Shown here in pieces: positions 48,356-59,160 of a stretch of 64,000 nt of DNA. Each line of letters starts with the position of its first letter. The first letter of the stretch is position 1. Origin of the DNA: Chloroflexota bacterium (lineage in GTDB: Bacteria > Chloroflexota > Dehalococcoidia > Lucifugimonadales > Lucifugimonadaceae); contig PBHC01000005.1 of NCBI GenBank assembly GCA_002719295.1, positions 32,001 through 96,000 of the forward strand. The letters are read 5' to 3'. The translations under genes were made by a program, and so were the position numbers. The notes beneath the pieces were generated by a model. The model did not search any database. It worked only from the letters and a program-made list of their open reading frames with translations, and was not told the DNA's origin.

Positions 48356-49099
48356 ATGAATATTTTAAAAGATAAAGTAGCAATTGTAACTGGTGGTGGA
48401 ACAGGAATAGGAAAAGCCATTGCAAAATTATTTTCATTAGAGGGGGCTAAAGTCATAATAGCATCAAGAAACCAAGAAAATTTAATTAATGCTGTGAATG
48501 AAATTAGGCAATCAGGTAATGAAATAATCGATTATTATAAAACAGATGTCACGAATACAGAAGATGTTGCAAATTTGTTTTCCTTTGCATTCAATAGATA
48601 TGGATCTGTCGATATTCTTGTAAATAATAGTGGAGTAATGGCAGGGAGTCCTATTGATAAAGTTTCAGATGATCAATGGGAACAAGTAATTTCTGTAAAT
48701 GTTACAGGAACATTTAAGTGTACTAGAGAAGGGTTCAAGTATATGAAATCCAAAGGTGGAAAGATTATAAACATAGGTTCTATAGCTGGTGATTCTCCAA
48801 GAATGTTTTCATCTCCATATACTACGAGCAAACATGCAGTTAGAGGATTGACAAAATCTGCAGCATTAGATGGTAGAGAATATGGAATATCTGTTAGTTG
48901 TTTAAATCCAGGGAATACTATGGTTGAAAGAAGATCTGATGGCAGATCAGGAACAGGTAAGGATGAAGGCCCTGAAATTCTTATTGATGCTAATGATATA
49001 GCTAGAACTGCTCTTCTAATGGCATCATTACCACAAGGAACCAACATGCTTGATGCAACAGTATTACCTGTAAAACAAGAATTTATTGGTAGAGGATAA
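48356..49099 (+). CDS. Short-chain dehydrogenase/reductase
   Basis: TGGGTGIG, NNSG, YTTSK. Confidence 0.93.
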   Translation: MNILKDKVAIVTGGGTGIGKAIAKLFSLEGAKVIIASRNQENLINAVNEIRQSGNEIIDYYKTDVTNTEDVANLFSFAFNRYGSVDILVNNSGVMAGSPIDKVSDDQWEQVISVNVTGTFKCTREGFKYMKSKGGKIINIGSIAGDSPRMFSSPYTTSKHAVRGLTKSAALDGREYGISVSCLNPGNTMVERRSDGRSGTGKDEGPEILIDANDIARTALLMASLPQGTNMLDATVLPVKQEFIGRG

Positions 49100-49142
49100 T
49101 AAAAAAAATCGTATAATAATAAAAAAATGAAGGGGAGCTAAA

Positions 49143-49841
49143 ATGTACATATTAATGGTAAGACTAAAAGTTAAAGAAGAAAAAATTGAAGAATTTATTA
49201 AGGAATCAATAGGAGATGCTGAAGGTTCTGTTAAGAATGAACCTGGTTGTAGAAGATTTGATATTATACAAGATTCTTCCGATCCCACTTTGTTTGCTTT
49301 TTGCGAGATTTATGATGACGAGGATGCATTTAAAGCGCATACGACATATGATCATTTTAAAGTTTGGGCTGAGAATACAAAAGATTTTTATGCATCCGAA
49401 ACTGAAGTATCTTTTTGTAAGCCTGTTTATCCAAATAAAAATGTTATTTGGGACTCTGCGAGAGAAAATGCTTCAAACCATGACTACTTTTCTAATTCTT
49501 CTTTAATGGTCATTGCAGCTCCACAATATGTAAAAGAAGAGAATATAGATGAATTCATAAAATCTATTACATTAGATAGCATTGGATCCACTAACGAAGA
49601 GCCAGGATGTTTAAGATTTGATGTTTACCAAAATCTAAATGATCCTACTGAACTTTATCTATATGAAGTTTATTCTAACGCAGATGCATTTGAATATCAT
49701 AGAGGTACTCCACATATTAAAAATTGGCAAGATACTGTAAAAGATATGTATGATGAGTCTAGAAAAGGACAAAACGGTAGAAGAGGAAAAAATATATGGC
49801 CACCTGATAATTGGGAATGGAACTCAGGGCAAAGAAAATAA
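49143..49841 (+). CDS. Tandem ABM-domain protein (LsrG/quinol monooxygenase-like)
   Basis: Two repeats: EPGCRRFDI...EIY...AFKAH and EPGCLRFDV...EVY...AFEYH. Confidence 0.88.
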   Translation: MYILMVRLKVKEEKIEEFIKESIGDAEGSVKNEPGCRRFDIIQDSSDPTLFAFCEIYDDEDAFKAHTTYDHFKVWAENTKDFYASETEVSFCKPVYPNKNVIWDSARENASNHDYFSNSSLMVIAAPQYVKEENIDEFIKSITLDSIGSTNEEPGCLRFDVYQNLNDPTELYLYEVYSNADAFEYHRGTPHIKNWQDTVKDMYDESRKGQNGRRGKNIWPPDNWEWNSGQRK

Positions 49842-49853
49842 TTTGAGGTAAAA

Positions 49854-51035
49854 ATGAAAGTAACAGGGGTAAAAACATACGTAATAGAAAATGAGTCTGC
49901 ACCACGTTCAGGCGGAGGTGAAGAAACTGGTAATTGGTATATAGGAGGGAAGTATTTTCTTATTCTAGAATTATCAACTGATGAAGGAATTATAGGTCTA
50001 GGCGAAAAACTTACAGGAAGTTCTTTTACAGGAAATATGACTTGGAAAGATTTTAAGTCCCAAATTCAATTAGTTCATGAAACTGTAGAAGCATTCGTAG
50101 TTGGTAAAAATCCCTTTGATATAGAAAAAATTTACTATGATATGTATGCTGGAAGACATGATTATAGACTGCCTAGCTTACATTATGGAATGGTTTTGTC
50201 AGGAATCGAAATGGCGCTATGGGATATAGTTGGAAAAGCAACTAATCAACCTATATATAATTTACTCGGCGGGAAATGCTGGGATAAATTGAGAGCTTAT
50301 GCGTATATGCCACCTATCCCAGAAGGAAAACCTGAAAATGCTGGTTCTGTTGCAGAACAATTGTTAAGAGAAGGAAATACTGCTTGTAAGTTTGATCCTT
50401 TTCACCCTATAACAGGTGTTCCTAGAGATATTAGTTTAAAAGAAATAACTTATACGGAAAACATATTTAAGAACATACGGTCTGCTGTAGGCAATGAATT
50501 AGAAGTTGCTTTAGGTACCCATGGTCAATTGACAACTTATAGTGCTATCAGGGTGGCTAAAGCTATAGAGCCTTATCAACCTTTTTGGTTTGAAGAGCCT
50601 GTATCTCCCGAAAATATTGATGAAATGGCAAGAGTAGCTTCACATACTAGCATTCCTATTGCAACAGGAGAAAGACTAGCTACTGTTTTTCAATTCTCCG
50701 AATTATTAAAAAAACAAGCAGCTCAAATAATTCAGATTGATATTGGTCAAGCTGGTGGTATATTGGTGGGTAAAAAAGTAGCGGCAATGGCAGAGGCAAA
50801 TTATGCAGTTATAGCTCCACACATGTATTGTGGACCGGTTGCAGCAGCAGCAGCTTTACAGGTAGCTACTTGTGCTCCTAATTTTATGATAGCTGAAGCT
50901 AACCAAGGTCCTCTTCATAAAAAAATATTTAAGGATCCAATTGTATTTGAAAATGGTTTTATAGAAATACCAGAAGGACCAGGTTTAGGAGTTGAATTTG
51001 ATCCTAAAGTACTTGAGAAGCATATAGTTAGCTAA
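49854..51035 (+). CDS. Mandelate racemase/galactonate dehydratase-like enolase
   Basis: TDEGIIGLGE, ALWDIVGK, KFDP, WFEEP, ATGER, APH, PGLG. Confidence 0.93.
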   Translation: MKVTGVKTYVIENESAPRSGGGEETGNWYIGGKYFLILELSTDEGIIGLGEKLTGSSFTGNMTWKDFKSQIQLVHETVEAFVVGKNPFDIEKIYYDMYAGRHDYRLPSLHYGMVLSGIEMALWDIVGKATNQPIYNLLGGKCWDKLRAYAYMPPIPEGKPENAGSVAEQLLREGNTACKFDPFHPITGVPRDISLKEITYTENIFKNIRSAVGNELEVALGTHGQLTTYSAIRVAKAIEPYQPFWFEEPVSPENIDEMARVASHTSIPIATGERLATVFQFSELLKKQAAQIIQIDIGQAGGILVGKKVAAMAEANYAVIAPHMYCGPVAAAAALQVATCAPNFMIAEANQGPLHKKIFKDPIVFENGFIEIPEGPGLGVEFDPKVLEKHIVS

Positions 51036-51728
51036 TTATAAATCTATAGTTGCAAAACATGGTTTTCCCATTAGAGTATTACTGTGTAATTTTCCTCCAA
51101 AGTTGGCGTCAGAAATCCACATTTTATTTCCTTTTATAGACATTCCGTGAGGATAAGGGTCATCTTCATCAAATTGAATCGTGTCTAAAATGGAACCATT
51201 ATTAATATCATACTTTATTATTTTTTTAGTTGATGTATGGGCGCACCATATACCATCATCTTGCCTAGCAAGTCCATGTAATCTTTCTTCATCAACAACG
51301 AATTTTGATACAATTTCATAAGTCTCAGCTTCAATTTTATAAATTGCTTTTGGATTAAATGCTGTTACCCATATAAATCCATCATCCCATTCAATTCCGT
51401 GAATTCCTCCACCATCAGGAGTTGGGATTTTATCTATATAATCTCCTGTTTCTAAATCCAATTTATATATTAATCCTTCGTGAGTATCAGTAGGCTTAAA
51501 ACTTCTTGCCTGTGTTTCACCATTGGAAGCTGTCCATATGAATCCTCCTCCTACGGTAATTCCTGAACCATTTTCAGTAATAGTTTCATATTTATGTTTT
51601 ATATTCCCTTTTTCATCTAATACGTAAACATCATCTAATTCTTGATCCATTACGTATAATCCTTTTGAAGTCCATTGCAATCCATTAGGATGTTTACAGG
51701 GGGATTTAAATACTTCAGTAGTAATCAT
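51036..51728 (-). CDS. Beta-propeller protein (glutaminyl cyclase/NHL-like) of unknown function
   Basis: Repeated PNGLQW, GSGIT, IHGIEWD, LHGLA, PHGMS blades. Confidence 0.65.
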   Translation of the reverse strand: MITTEVFKSPCKHPNGLQWTSKGLYVMDQELDDVYVLDEKGNIKHKYETITENGSGITVGGGFIWTASNGETQARSFKPTDTHEGLIYKLDLETGDYIDKIPTPDGGGIHGIEWDDGFIWVTAFNPKAIYKIEAETYEIVSKFVVDEERLHGLARQDDGIWCAHTSTKKIIKYDINNGSILDTIQFDEDDPYPHGMSIKGNKMWISDANFGGKLHSNTLMGKPCFATIDL

Positions 51729-51822
51729 TTTAACCTCGTTTATTTTTATAGCTGTGATGAAATTAAAAAAATGTCATCATATACAAATAAAATTTATTTA
51801 TATATTATTACAAATACATATT

Positions 51823-52464
51823 ATGTTTTCCATATTTAATCGAAAAAAGAAAGTAATGATTTTTATAGATGGTTCAAATCTATATCATGTTCTGTTAAGA
51901 AATTGTGGCAGAAGTGATCTAATGTTTTCATCGTTTGGTGAAAAGCTAACAGGCAGAAAACGATCATTAGTTAAGATATTTTATTACAACGTAAGACAGG
52001 AATTAGAAGGTAAAATTAAGATTCCTGATGAACAAAAGAAATTTTTGGCTAGCTTAAATAAAGTAGAAAAAATAGAAATAAAGTTAGGTATTTGGAAAGA
52101 ACAAAATGGCTCTATTGTAGAAAAAGGAGTAGATGTATTATTAGCTACTGACTTAGTTTTAAACGCTGTAAAAAATAATTATGATCATGCAATTATTGTT
52201 AGTGGAGATGGAGATTTTTTCCCTGCTATTGATGCAGTTAAGAAAGAAGGAAAAAGAGTTGAAGTGGCAGCTTTTGAATCAAATATTTCTAAGGAAGCTA
52301 GTGAGTCAGCAGATAGAGTCTTAAAGTTAAAAAAATCTTTTTTTAATAATTTATGGATGCCAAAAAGAAATTCACGAAAATATTCAGATAAAAATAGAAA
52401 TTCTTCTGAAAAGAAAAACTCAAAAACTAGAGGTTCTAATAAAAGAAGAAAATTACTTGTGTAG
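51823..52464 (+). CDS. NYN/LabA-domain (PIN-like) protein
   Basis: FIDGSN, EKGVD, SGDGDF; basic C-terminal tail; ATG 51823 preferred over GTG 51754. Confidence 0.92.
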   Translation: MFSIFNRKKKVMIFIDGSNLYHVLLRNCGRSDLMFSSFGEKLTGRKRSLVKIFYYNVRQELEGKIKIPDEQKKFLASLNKVEKIEIKLGIWKEQNGSIVEKGVDVLLATDLVLNAVKNNYDHAIIVSGDGDFFPAIDAVKKEGKRVEVAAFESNISKEASESADRVLKLKKSFFNNLWMPKRNSRKYSDKNRNSSEKKNSKTRGSNKRRKLLV

Positions 52465-52478
52465 TATATTAGAACCAA

Positions 52479-53705
52479 ATGAATCTATTCAAAATACCTA
52501 GGCAGATAACATATACGATTATCCCGTTGAGTTTGATTATTATGGGAGATAGTATTCTATATGTAATATTACCTACAAACTATGAATTTTTTGAAATTAA
52601 TTCATATTTAAGTTTGCCTTATGAATTTTGGATAGGTTTTATTCTTTCTATTAATAGGTTTATTCGTTTTTTTTCAAATATTTTTTCTGTAAAAATATTT
52701 AAGTTTTTTGGATTTAGAAACACTATATATATAGCATGTTTTTTAGGTGCAGGTTCAACATTATTTTATGCATTATTTAAAGGTGTACTTCTATTAATAC
52801 TTGCTAGAATAATTTGGGGATTTTCATATTCTTTGTTTAGGCTTGGCTATCAATTAAAAGTATTTAGTTTTTCTGTAAATAATTATGGAAAATATCTAGG
52901 TTACTGTTTAGGAATACAAAGAACGGGTAGCTTTTTGGTAGTAACTTTGGGTGTATTGATTTCAATAAAATTTGGAATTTATTTAACTTTAATTCTTTTA
53001 TCATTATTGATAATTCCTGCATTAATAATTTCTTATTTTATTAAAAATCTAGAAATGTCAAAATATACTCCCGGTAAAATAAATTGGAACTTAATTTATA
53101 ATGACCAAAAAAATAATATTAGAAATAAAATAATAACTATTTCTTTTTTTAAATTTACTTCTTCTTTTACATCAAACGGCTTAGCAATAGCTACAATCAC
53201 TCCTTTTTTATTATCAATAAATAAAGATCTATATAATGTTGAAACTATAATAGCAATTGCAGGATTCGTTGTTGGATTTAGATGGATAGCTGATATATTC
53301 TTTGGGATTATTTTTGGAACGATTTCAGATAAATTTGGTAGAAAAATAAATATTTTATTTAGCTCGTCGCTCATGATAATTTGCATTTTGTTTTCTATAA
53401 GTGGAATAAGTTTTTATTTAAGTATAATTTCTTTAGTTCTAATGTTTTTCTTTAGCGTTTCTTTAGAAACTTCATTAGATGCTTTATTGGGAGAAATATC
53501 ACCAGAGAATCAAAAATCTTCCATAATTTCTAGGTACTCTACGTGGCAGGACTTAGGTGCAGCATTGGGGCCTATGATTGGTTTTATTATTGCTAGTGGT
53601 CTTGGGATTTCTTTTGGATACTATTTGTCTATTTTTATGTTCTTTTTATGCATAATCCCTTTTCTAAGGTTATTTACCAATCAAGAAAAACAAAATTATC
53701 CTTAG
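52479..53705 (+). CDS. MFS transporter
   Basis: About 12 TM helices, GTISDKFGRK, DLGAALGP. Confidence 0.88.
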   Translation: MNLFKIPRQITYTIIPLSLIIMGDSILYVILPTNYEFFEINSYLSLPYEFWIGFILSINRFIRFFSNIFSVKIFKFFGFRNTIYIACFLGAGSTLFYALFKGVLLLILARIIWGFSYSLFRLGYQLKVFSFSVNNYGKYLGYCLGIQRTGSFLVVTLGVLISIKFGIYLTLILLSLLIIPALIISYFIKNLEMSKYTPGKINWNLIYNDQKNNIRNKIITISFFKFTSSFTSNGLAIATITPFLLSINKDLYNVETIIAIAGFVVGFRWIADIFFGIIFGTISDKFGRKINILFSSSLMIICILFSISGISFYLSIISLVLMFFFSVSLETSLDALLGEISPENQKSSIISRYSTWQDLGAALGPMIGFIIASGLGISFGYYLSIFMFFLCIIPFLRLFTNQEKQNYP

Positions 53706-54690
53706 AATTTAATATAATCTCTTGAGAAGAACCATTTGGCTTCATCTGATAAATATCAGAATTATTATATGCATTAGAGGTAAATAAAATACTTTTATAT
53801 CTTTCTGACCAAACTATATTGCTTTCGTCTACTTTATTATTAGTGAGTCTTTCTATCTTTTTTGATTTTATATCCATCATGTATATTTCTTTGTCATTTG
53901 GAAGGTTATTTATATATAAAATCTTATTTCCGCCAAATGCCCATGTGTATTCACTGATATTTACTTTTTGATTTTCATGAATATTCTCGCCAAAATAATC
54001 GTTTTTATCAATTTCTTTTCCAGTTTTCTTAACAACCTGATCAATGTCTTTATAAATCCAAATTGATTGAAGATCCTTATCGACCCGGCTAAAAACTAAG
54101 TATTCTCCATTTGGACTCCATTTTGGATTATTTCCTTTAGTAATAAAAATTTCATTAACACCCTTTGGATTTGATAAATAAATTGAATCTTCTGTATTGA
54201 AAACTATCCATTTACTATCTGGTGACCATGATCCTAATTTTGCTTCTTTATCAGGTCTAGTTATTGGAAGAAAACTTTTTAAACTTAAAGAATATAAAAA
54301 TATATTAGCTTCATTATCAATGGGTTTAAATTCAATTGCAATTTCTTTTGAATTTGGCGCCCATTCAAATCTATTAATATCTCTATTTTTATGATTTGCT
54401 ATCTCTAGTTCTGTTCCTTGATCATTTGATATCCATAATGTTTTTTGGTTATTTCGTTCTTTTATAAAAGCGAAGTTCTCTTTGTTAGGTGACCATTGTG
54501 GATTTATAGATTTTGATTCTAAATCAGTTATAAACTTGAATGATGGATTTGAAGTTGTGTTAATAAGTACAATTCTTGAGTAATCTCCAATTTTTTGTTC
54601 TGCCAAAATAGCTTGATTTGAGTTAAAAGAACACCCTGAAAACAGAAAAACTGTAAGGCATAATATTTTTATTATTATTGTTTTATTCAC
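53674..54690 (-). CDS. TolB-like/PD40 beta-propeller lipoprotein
   Basis: Lipobox FSGC; repeated PxWSPxG/S. Confidence 0.85.
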   Translation of the reverse strand: MNKTIIIKILCLTVFLFSGCSFNSNQAILAEQKIGDYSRIVLINTTSNPSFKFITDLESKSINPQWSPNKENFAFIKERNNQKTLWISNDQGTELEIANHKNRDINRFEWAPNSKEIAIEFKPIDNEANIFLYSLSLKSFLPITRPDKEAKLGSWSPDSKWIVFNTEDSIYLSNPKGVNEIFITKGNNPKWSPNGEYLVFSRVDKDLQSIWIYKDIDQVVKKTGKEIDKNDYFGENIHENQKVNISEYTWAFGGNKILYINNLPNDKEIYMMDIKSKKIERLTNNKVDESNIVWSERYKSILFTSNAYNNSDIYQMKPNGSSQEIILNSKDNFVFLDW

Positions 54691-54796
54691 TATAAATTTA
54701 TTTAGTGGTTTTTTTTTATTAGTTTAATGATTATAATCAAAATCAAATTTCTAGGCATTTATAGAATTTTACAGAAATATATCTTAGGAGGTATTA

Positions 54797-55972
54797 ATGA
54801 AGTTTTCTTTTTTTTCAATGCCCTTACATTTGCCTAATGAAAACCCTGCACTAGCTTTTAAAAGAGATTTGGAATTAATAAAAAAAGCTGAAGATCTTGG
54901 ATTTGATGGTTTTTTTGTAGGAGAGCATCATACTGCTGCCTGGGAAAATATTCCTTCTCCCGAGTTGTTTTTATCAAAAGCATCTGCTTATACAAAAAAT
55001 ATTCAGTTAGGTTCTTCTTTAGTCAGCTTGCCCTTTCACCACCCTTTTAATGTGGCAGAAAGATTTGCATTTCTTGATCATTTGACTGAAGGAAGAGCTG
55101 TTTTAGGAGTTGGTCCTTGTAGTTTGCCCCCTGATGTCAAACTATACAATGTCCCTGCTCAAGAATTAAACCCTATGATGAGAGAATCTTTACAAATTAT
55201 TGATTTACTCTTAACTTCAGATGATCCAATTAGTTATTCAGGAAAATACTGGGATATAAAAGATATGTTTATACAATTAAAATCATTTCAACAACCTAGA
55301 ATCCCTTACGCAACAGCTTCAGTAGGATCTGAAAGATCATTAGAATTTGCTTCAATGTATAATATGCATCTTTGGTCATTGGCTTTAGAAAATACACCTC
55401 CTAATGGAATTCATTGGTCTAAACAATGGCAAAAAACAGAAGAAATTTCAAAAAAACTAGGAACGAACCCCTCAAAAGATGATTGGAGAGTCGTGACTTA
55501 TGTACATCTAGCCGAAACAAGTAAGCAAGCTTGGGACGAAGTAGAGAAAGCGATTGAAAGAGATATCCACGAATATTTTTATGTTATTGGTGGCCATGAA
55601 GGATGGTTATTAGATAAAGAACAAGATCCTTACTCATTAACTGCTAAAGAAATTGTCGAATCAAGAAACTGGATTATAGGTACACCTGATGAGGCTATAA
55701 AGAAAATTAATCAAATGAATGAGAAAGCAGAAGGATTAGGAGGTTTGATGTTTACTACACATGAATGGACTAATCAAAATTCTATAAATAATTCATTAGA
55801 ACTTTTTGCAAGATACGTTATGCCGGAATTTAAGGGACATACAAAATCTATCAAAAAAGCATGGGATCTGACAAAGGAAGACAGAAAAAATAACAAGATT
55901 CCTTCTTTATCTTCTAAAGATAAACCTCCAGATATAGATGATCATAAATCTAATCTATTTATAAACAGATAA
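54797..55972 (+). CDS. Luciferase-like (LLM) flavin-dependent monooxygenase
   Basis: FSMPLH, VGEHH, LPFHHP, LDHLTEGR, FARYVMP; AGGAGG SD. Confidence 0.93.
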   Translation: MKFSFFSMPLHLPNENPALAFKRDLELIKKAEDLGFDGFFVGEHHTAAWENIPSPELFLSKASAYTKNIQLGSSLVSLPFHHPFNVAERFAFLDHLTEGRAVLGVGPCSLPPDVKLYNVPAQELNPMMRESLQIIDLLLTSDDPISYSGKYWDIKDMFIQLKSFQQPRIPYATASVGSERSLEFASMYNMHLWSLALENTPPNGIHWSKQWQKTEEISKKLGTNPSKDDWRVVTYVHLAETSKQAWDEVEKAIERDIHEYFYVIGGHEGWLLDKEQDPYSLTAKEIVESRNWIIGTPDEAIKKINQMNEKAEGLGGLMFTTHEWTNQNSINNSLELFARYVMPEFKGHTKSIKKAWDLTKEDRKNNKIPSLSSKDKPPDIDDHKSNLFINR

Positions 55973-55984
55973 TATAGGAGCCTT

Positions 55985-57355
55985 ATGAAAAATACAGATT
56001 TAATAACACTTATTGATGAAATAGATCAGAATTCTGATGAACTTGTTAATTTACATCAAAGTTTAGTAAAAATTGAGTCAGTAAATACAGGGTATATGCC
56101 TACTGGAAACGAGACCAAAGTAACTGAATTTTGCGCCAATTGGTTAGGTAAATATGGAATAGAATCTAGCCAACTATCTAGAGTTAAAGAGAGGGGAAAT
56201 ATTATTGCCAAATATCCATTATCTGGTGATAGGAAAAAACTTTTGTTGATGTCTCATACAGATGTAGTCCCTGTTGAAAATTATGACAAATGGGAATTTG
56301 AACCTTTTAGTGCTGAATTAAAGAATGGAAAAATTTTAGGAAGAGGATCTTCAGATTGTAAGGGTTTATTAGCTTCTCAAATGATGGCAATGGCTATATT
56401 GGCTAAAAATGAGATTGAATTTCAAGATAATTTTACATTAATCTCAGGTGCAGATGAGGAACATGGTGGAAGATATGGATTTGGCTGGTTGCTTGAAAAT
56501 CACCCTGATGAGTTAAGATTTGAGTATGCAATTAATGAAGGAGGAGGGTCTCCTGTTACTATTGGGAATAATTTATATTATCTTTTAGGAACAGGAGAAA
56601 AAGGTAGGCTTGAAATTAATATAAAAATTAAAGGAGAAAGTGCTCATGCATCAGTTCCATGGTTAGGGGAAAATGCTATGGGATCAACATCAAAAGCGAT
56701 AGACAAAATATTAAATTATATTCCAGATTTAGATTGTTCAACTGATATATTTAACTACTTAGGTTTGTTTGGAATAGAAACTAAACCTTCAATAAAAAAT
56801 TTGGATTTAATAATTAACGAAGCTTATGAAAAAAACTCTAATCTTGGAACTCTTTTAAAAGCTTTATCTAGAATGACTATTACTCCTACAATTATTAAAG
56901 GCGGTATAAAATCTAATTCGGTTCCAGAATTTATTGAGTTAGTGCTTGATGTAAGAACATTGCCAAATCAAAATGACAAAGAAGTTGAAATTCAATTGAA
57001 TAAAATATTCGAAGGGATTCCAAATCTTACTTATGATATTGATTATATGGCAAAGCCAAATTCCTCACCTTTTAATACAGAGCTGCTCAATGCTATAAAA
57101 AAATCACAAGCATTGAGTGTAGGTAGAGACGATATTCAATGGATTCCTTCTGTTTCAACTGGTTTTACGGATTCTAGATTTACAAGAGAATTGAATGTGA
57201 TTACCTATGGATTTAGAGGAACTCATCCAGATGATAATCCTGATTCAGAGAATGTTCATGGAACTAATGAGAACTATGGTATTAAATCATTAATTAGCTC
57301 ATCAAAAACAATGCTTGGAACTATATGGGAGATGTGTAAGCCTGTTACCCAGTAA
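55985..57355 (+). CDS. M20 family metallopeptidase/amidohydrolase
   Basis: [40 protein letters not shown]. Confidence 0.93.
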   Translation: MKNTDLITLIDEIDQNSDELVNLHQSLVKIESVNTGYMPTGNETKVTEFCANWLGKYGIESSQLSRVKERGNIIAKYPLSGDRKKLLLMSHTDVVPVENYDKWEFEPFSAELKNGKILGRGSSDCKGLLASQMMAMAILAKNEIEFQDNFTLISGADEEHGGRYGFGWLLENHPDELRFEYAINEGGGSPVTIGNNLYYLLGTGEKGRLEINIKIKGESAHASVPWLGENAMGSTSKAIDKILNYIPDLDCSTDIFNYLGLFGIETKPSIKNLDLIINEAYEKNSNLGTLLKALSRMTITPTIIKGGIKSNSVPEFIELVLDVRTLPNQNDKEVEIQLNKIFEGIPNLTYDIDYMAKPNSSPFNTELLNAIKKSQALSVGRDDIQWIPSVSTGFTDSRFTRELNVITYGFRGTHPDDNPDSENVHGTNENYGIKSLISSSKTMLGTIWEMCKPVTQ

Positions 57356-59042
57356 CTGCTCCTTCTGAGGCAGGTTGAACAAGTTTTATATATTTTCCTA
57401 AAGTCCCTTTCTCATATAGTGGCTTTCTTGGCTTCCAACTTTTTAATCTTTCAGTTATTTTTTCAGAAGGGATCATTAAATTTAGTTCAAATTTATCTAA
57501 GTTTATTTCTATTGTATCTCCATCTTCTACAGCTGCAATTGGACCTCCTACAGCAGCTTCTGGGCCTAAATGTCCAATTATTGCTCCTGTAGAACCTCCA
57601 GAAAATCTACCGTCAGTAATTAAGTAAACACTTTCACTTAGACCTTGTCCAACTAAAGCTCCAGTTATAGATAACATTTCTCTCATTCCAGGTCCTCCTT
57701 TTGGACCTTCATACCTGATTATTACTACATCTCCTGCTTTAATTTCTCTTTTTCTCAAAGCTTCCATTGCTTGTTCTTCTTGATCAAAAACTTTAGCAGG
57801 ACCTGTAAATTTTTTACCAAAATCGTGACCTGCAACTTTTAAAACACAGCCATCAGGTGCTAAGTTTCCAAATAAAGTTACTAATCCACCTGTTTTAGAA
57901 ATAGGATTATCAATAAGTCTAACGATTTTATTTTCATTAGGATTTATATCTATATCTTTTAAATTTTCTTCTATTGTTTTACCCGTTACGGTCATTTGAT
58001 CTCCATGAAGTAATCCACCTACTAAAAGTCTTTTCATTACAAGTTGAACACCTCCAACTTTATCTAGATCAAACATAACATATTTTCCTCCTGGCTTCAT
58101 ATCTGCAAGTAGTGGAGTCCTCATCGATATATCATGTATTTCTTTCAATGTAAGTTTTATACCCATTTCATTAGCAATTGCTGGAAGATGCAAAGCTGTG
58201 TTAGTAGATCCTCCCATGGCAACAACAAGAGTGACAGCATTTTCAAAAGCCTTTTTTGTTAATATGTCAGAAGGCCTAATGTTTTCTCTAACAAGATTCA
58301 TTACAGCAGCTCCTGCTACTTTTGAAGAGTCTTTTTTTCTCTGGTCTACGGCAGCTTCTGACGCTGATCCAGGGATACTCAATCCTAGAGCTTCTCCAAT
58401 ACTAGACATTGTATTTGCTGTGAACATACCACCACAAGATCCTGGCCCAGGACATGCATGAGTTTCAATTGCTTTTAATTGTTCATCATCTATTTCTCCT
58501 GCTTGTCTTTTTCCTACTGCTTCAAAAGCACTTATAATAGTAAGATCTTCACCATTAAGATGCCCTGGCAAAATTGATCCACCATATACAAACACGCTAG
58601 GTATATTTAATCGAGCCATAGCCATCATGGCTCCAGGTAATGATTTGTCACATCCAGCTATTGCTACCAGTCCGTCATATCTTTCTGCAAAACATACAGT
58701 CTCTATAGAATCAGCAATAATTTCTCTAGATACTAATGATCCCTTCATACCTTCTGTACCCATTGAAATTGCATCTGATACAGTTATAGTCCCAAATTCA
58801 AATGGTGTTCCTTTTGAAGATCTGATTCCTGCTTTTACTTCATCAGCAAGAGGTTTTATTCCTGAATTACATGGGGTAACTTCATTATGAGTAGAAGCTA
58901 CTCCAATAAAAGGAGCATTTATATCGTCATCATTCAACCCCATTGCTCTCATCATTGATCTATGAGGGGCTCTTGCAACTCCTTCTGTAGTTTCCCAACT
59001 TCTCCATTTTCCTTTTTGTCTTTCTTCTTTTTTTCTCTTCAT
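57345..59042 (-). CDS. ilvD: Dihydroxy-acid dehydratase
   Basis: [43 protein letters not shown]. Confidence 0.97.
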   Translation of the reverse strand: MKRKKEERQKGKWRSWETTEGVARAPHRSMMRAMGLNDDDINAPFIGVASTHNEVTPCNSGIKPLADEVKAGIRSSKGTPFEFGTITVSDAISMGTEGMKGSLVSREIIADSIETVCFAERYDGLVAIAGCDKSLPGAMMAMARLNIPSVFVYGGSILPGHLNGEDLTIISAFEAVGKRQAGEIDDEQLKAIETHACPGPGSCGGMFTANTMSSIGEALGLSIPGSASEAAVDQRKKDSSKVAGAAVMNLVRENIRPSDILTKKAFENAVTLVVAMGGSTNTALHLPAIANEMGIKLTLKEIHDISMRTPLLADMKPGGKYVMFDLDKVGGVQLVMKRLLVGGLLHGDQMTVTGKTIEENLKDIDINPNENKIVRLIDNPISKTGGLVTLFGNLAPDGCVLKVAGHDFGKKFTGPAKVFDQEEQAMEALRKREIKAGDVVIIRYEGPKGGPGMREMLSITGALVGQGLSESVYLITDGRFSGGSTGAIIGHLGPEAAVGGPIAAVEDGDTIEINLDKFELNLMIPSEKITERLKSWKPRKPLYEKGTLGKYIKLVQPASEGAVTG

Positions 59043-59160
59043 TTAATCCTCAACAATTTGTACAGATTTAATTAATCTTTTTATAACTATTTAGTATATA
59101 ACGGTATAGTATTTATAAGAGTATACTATTTCAAGAAATTATAAAATTATGAGGTTTTTT

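Noticed and set aside
53674..54690. TolB-like protein as evidence of a Tol-Pal system
   Set aside because: No tolQRA or pal nearby; PD40 propeller lipoproteins are widespread without Tol-Pal.
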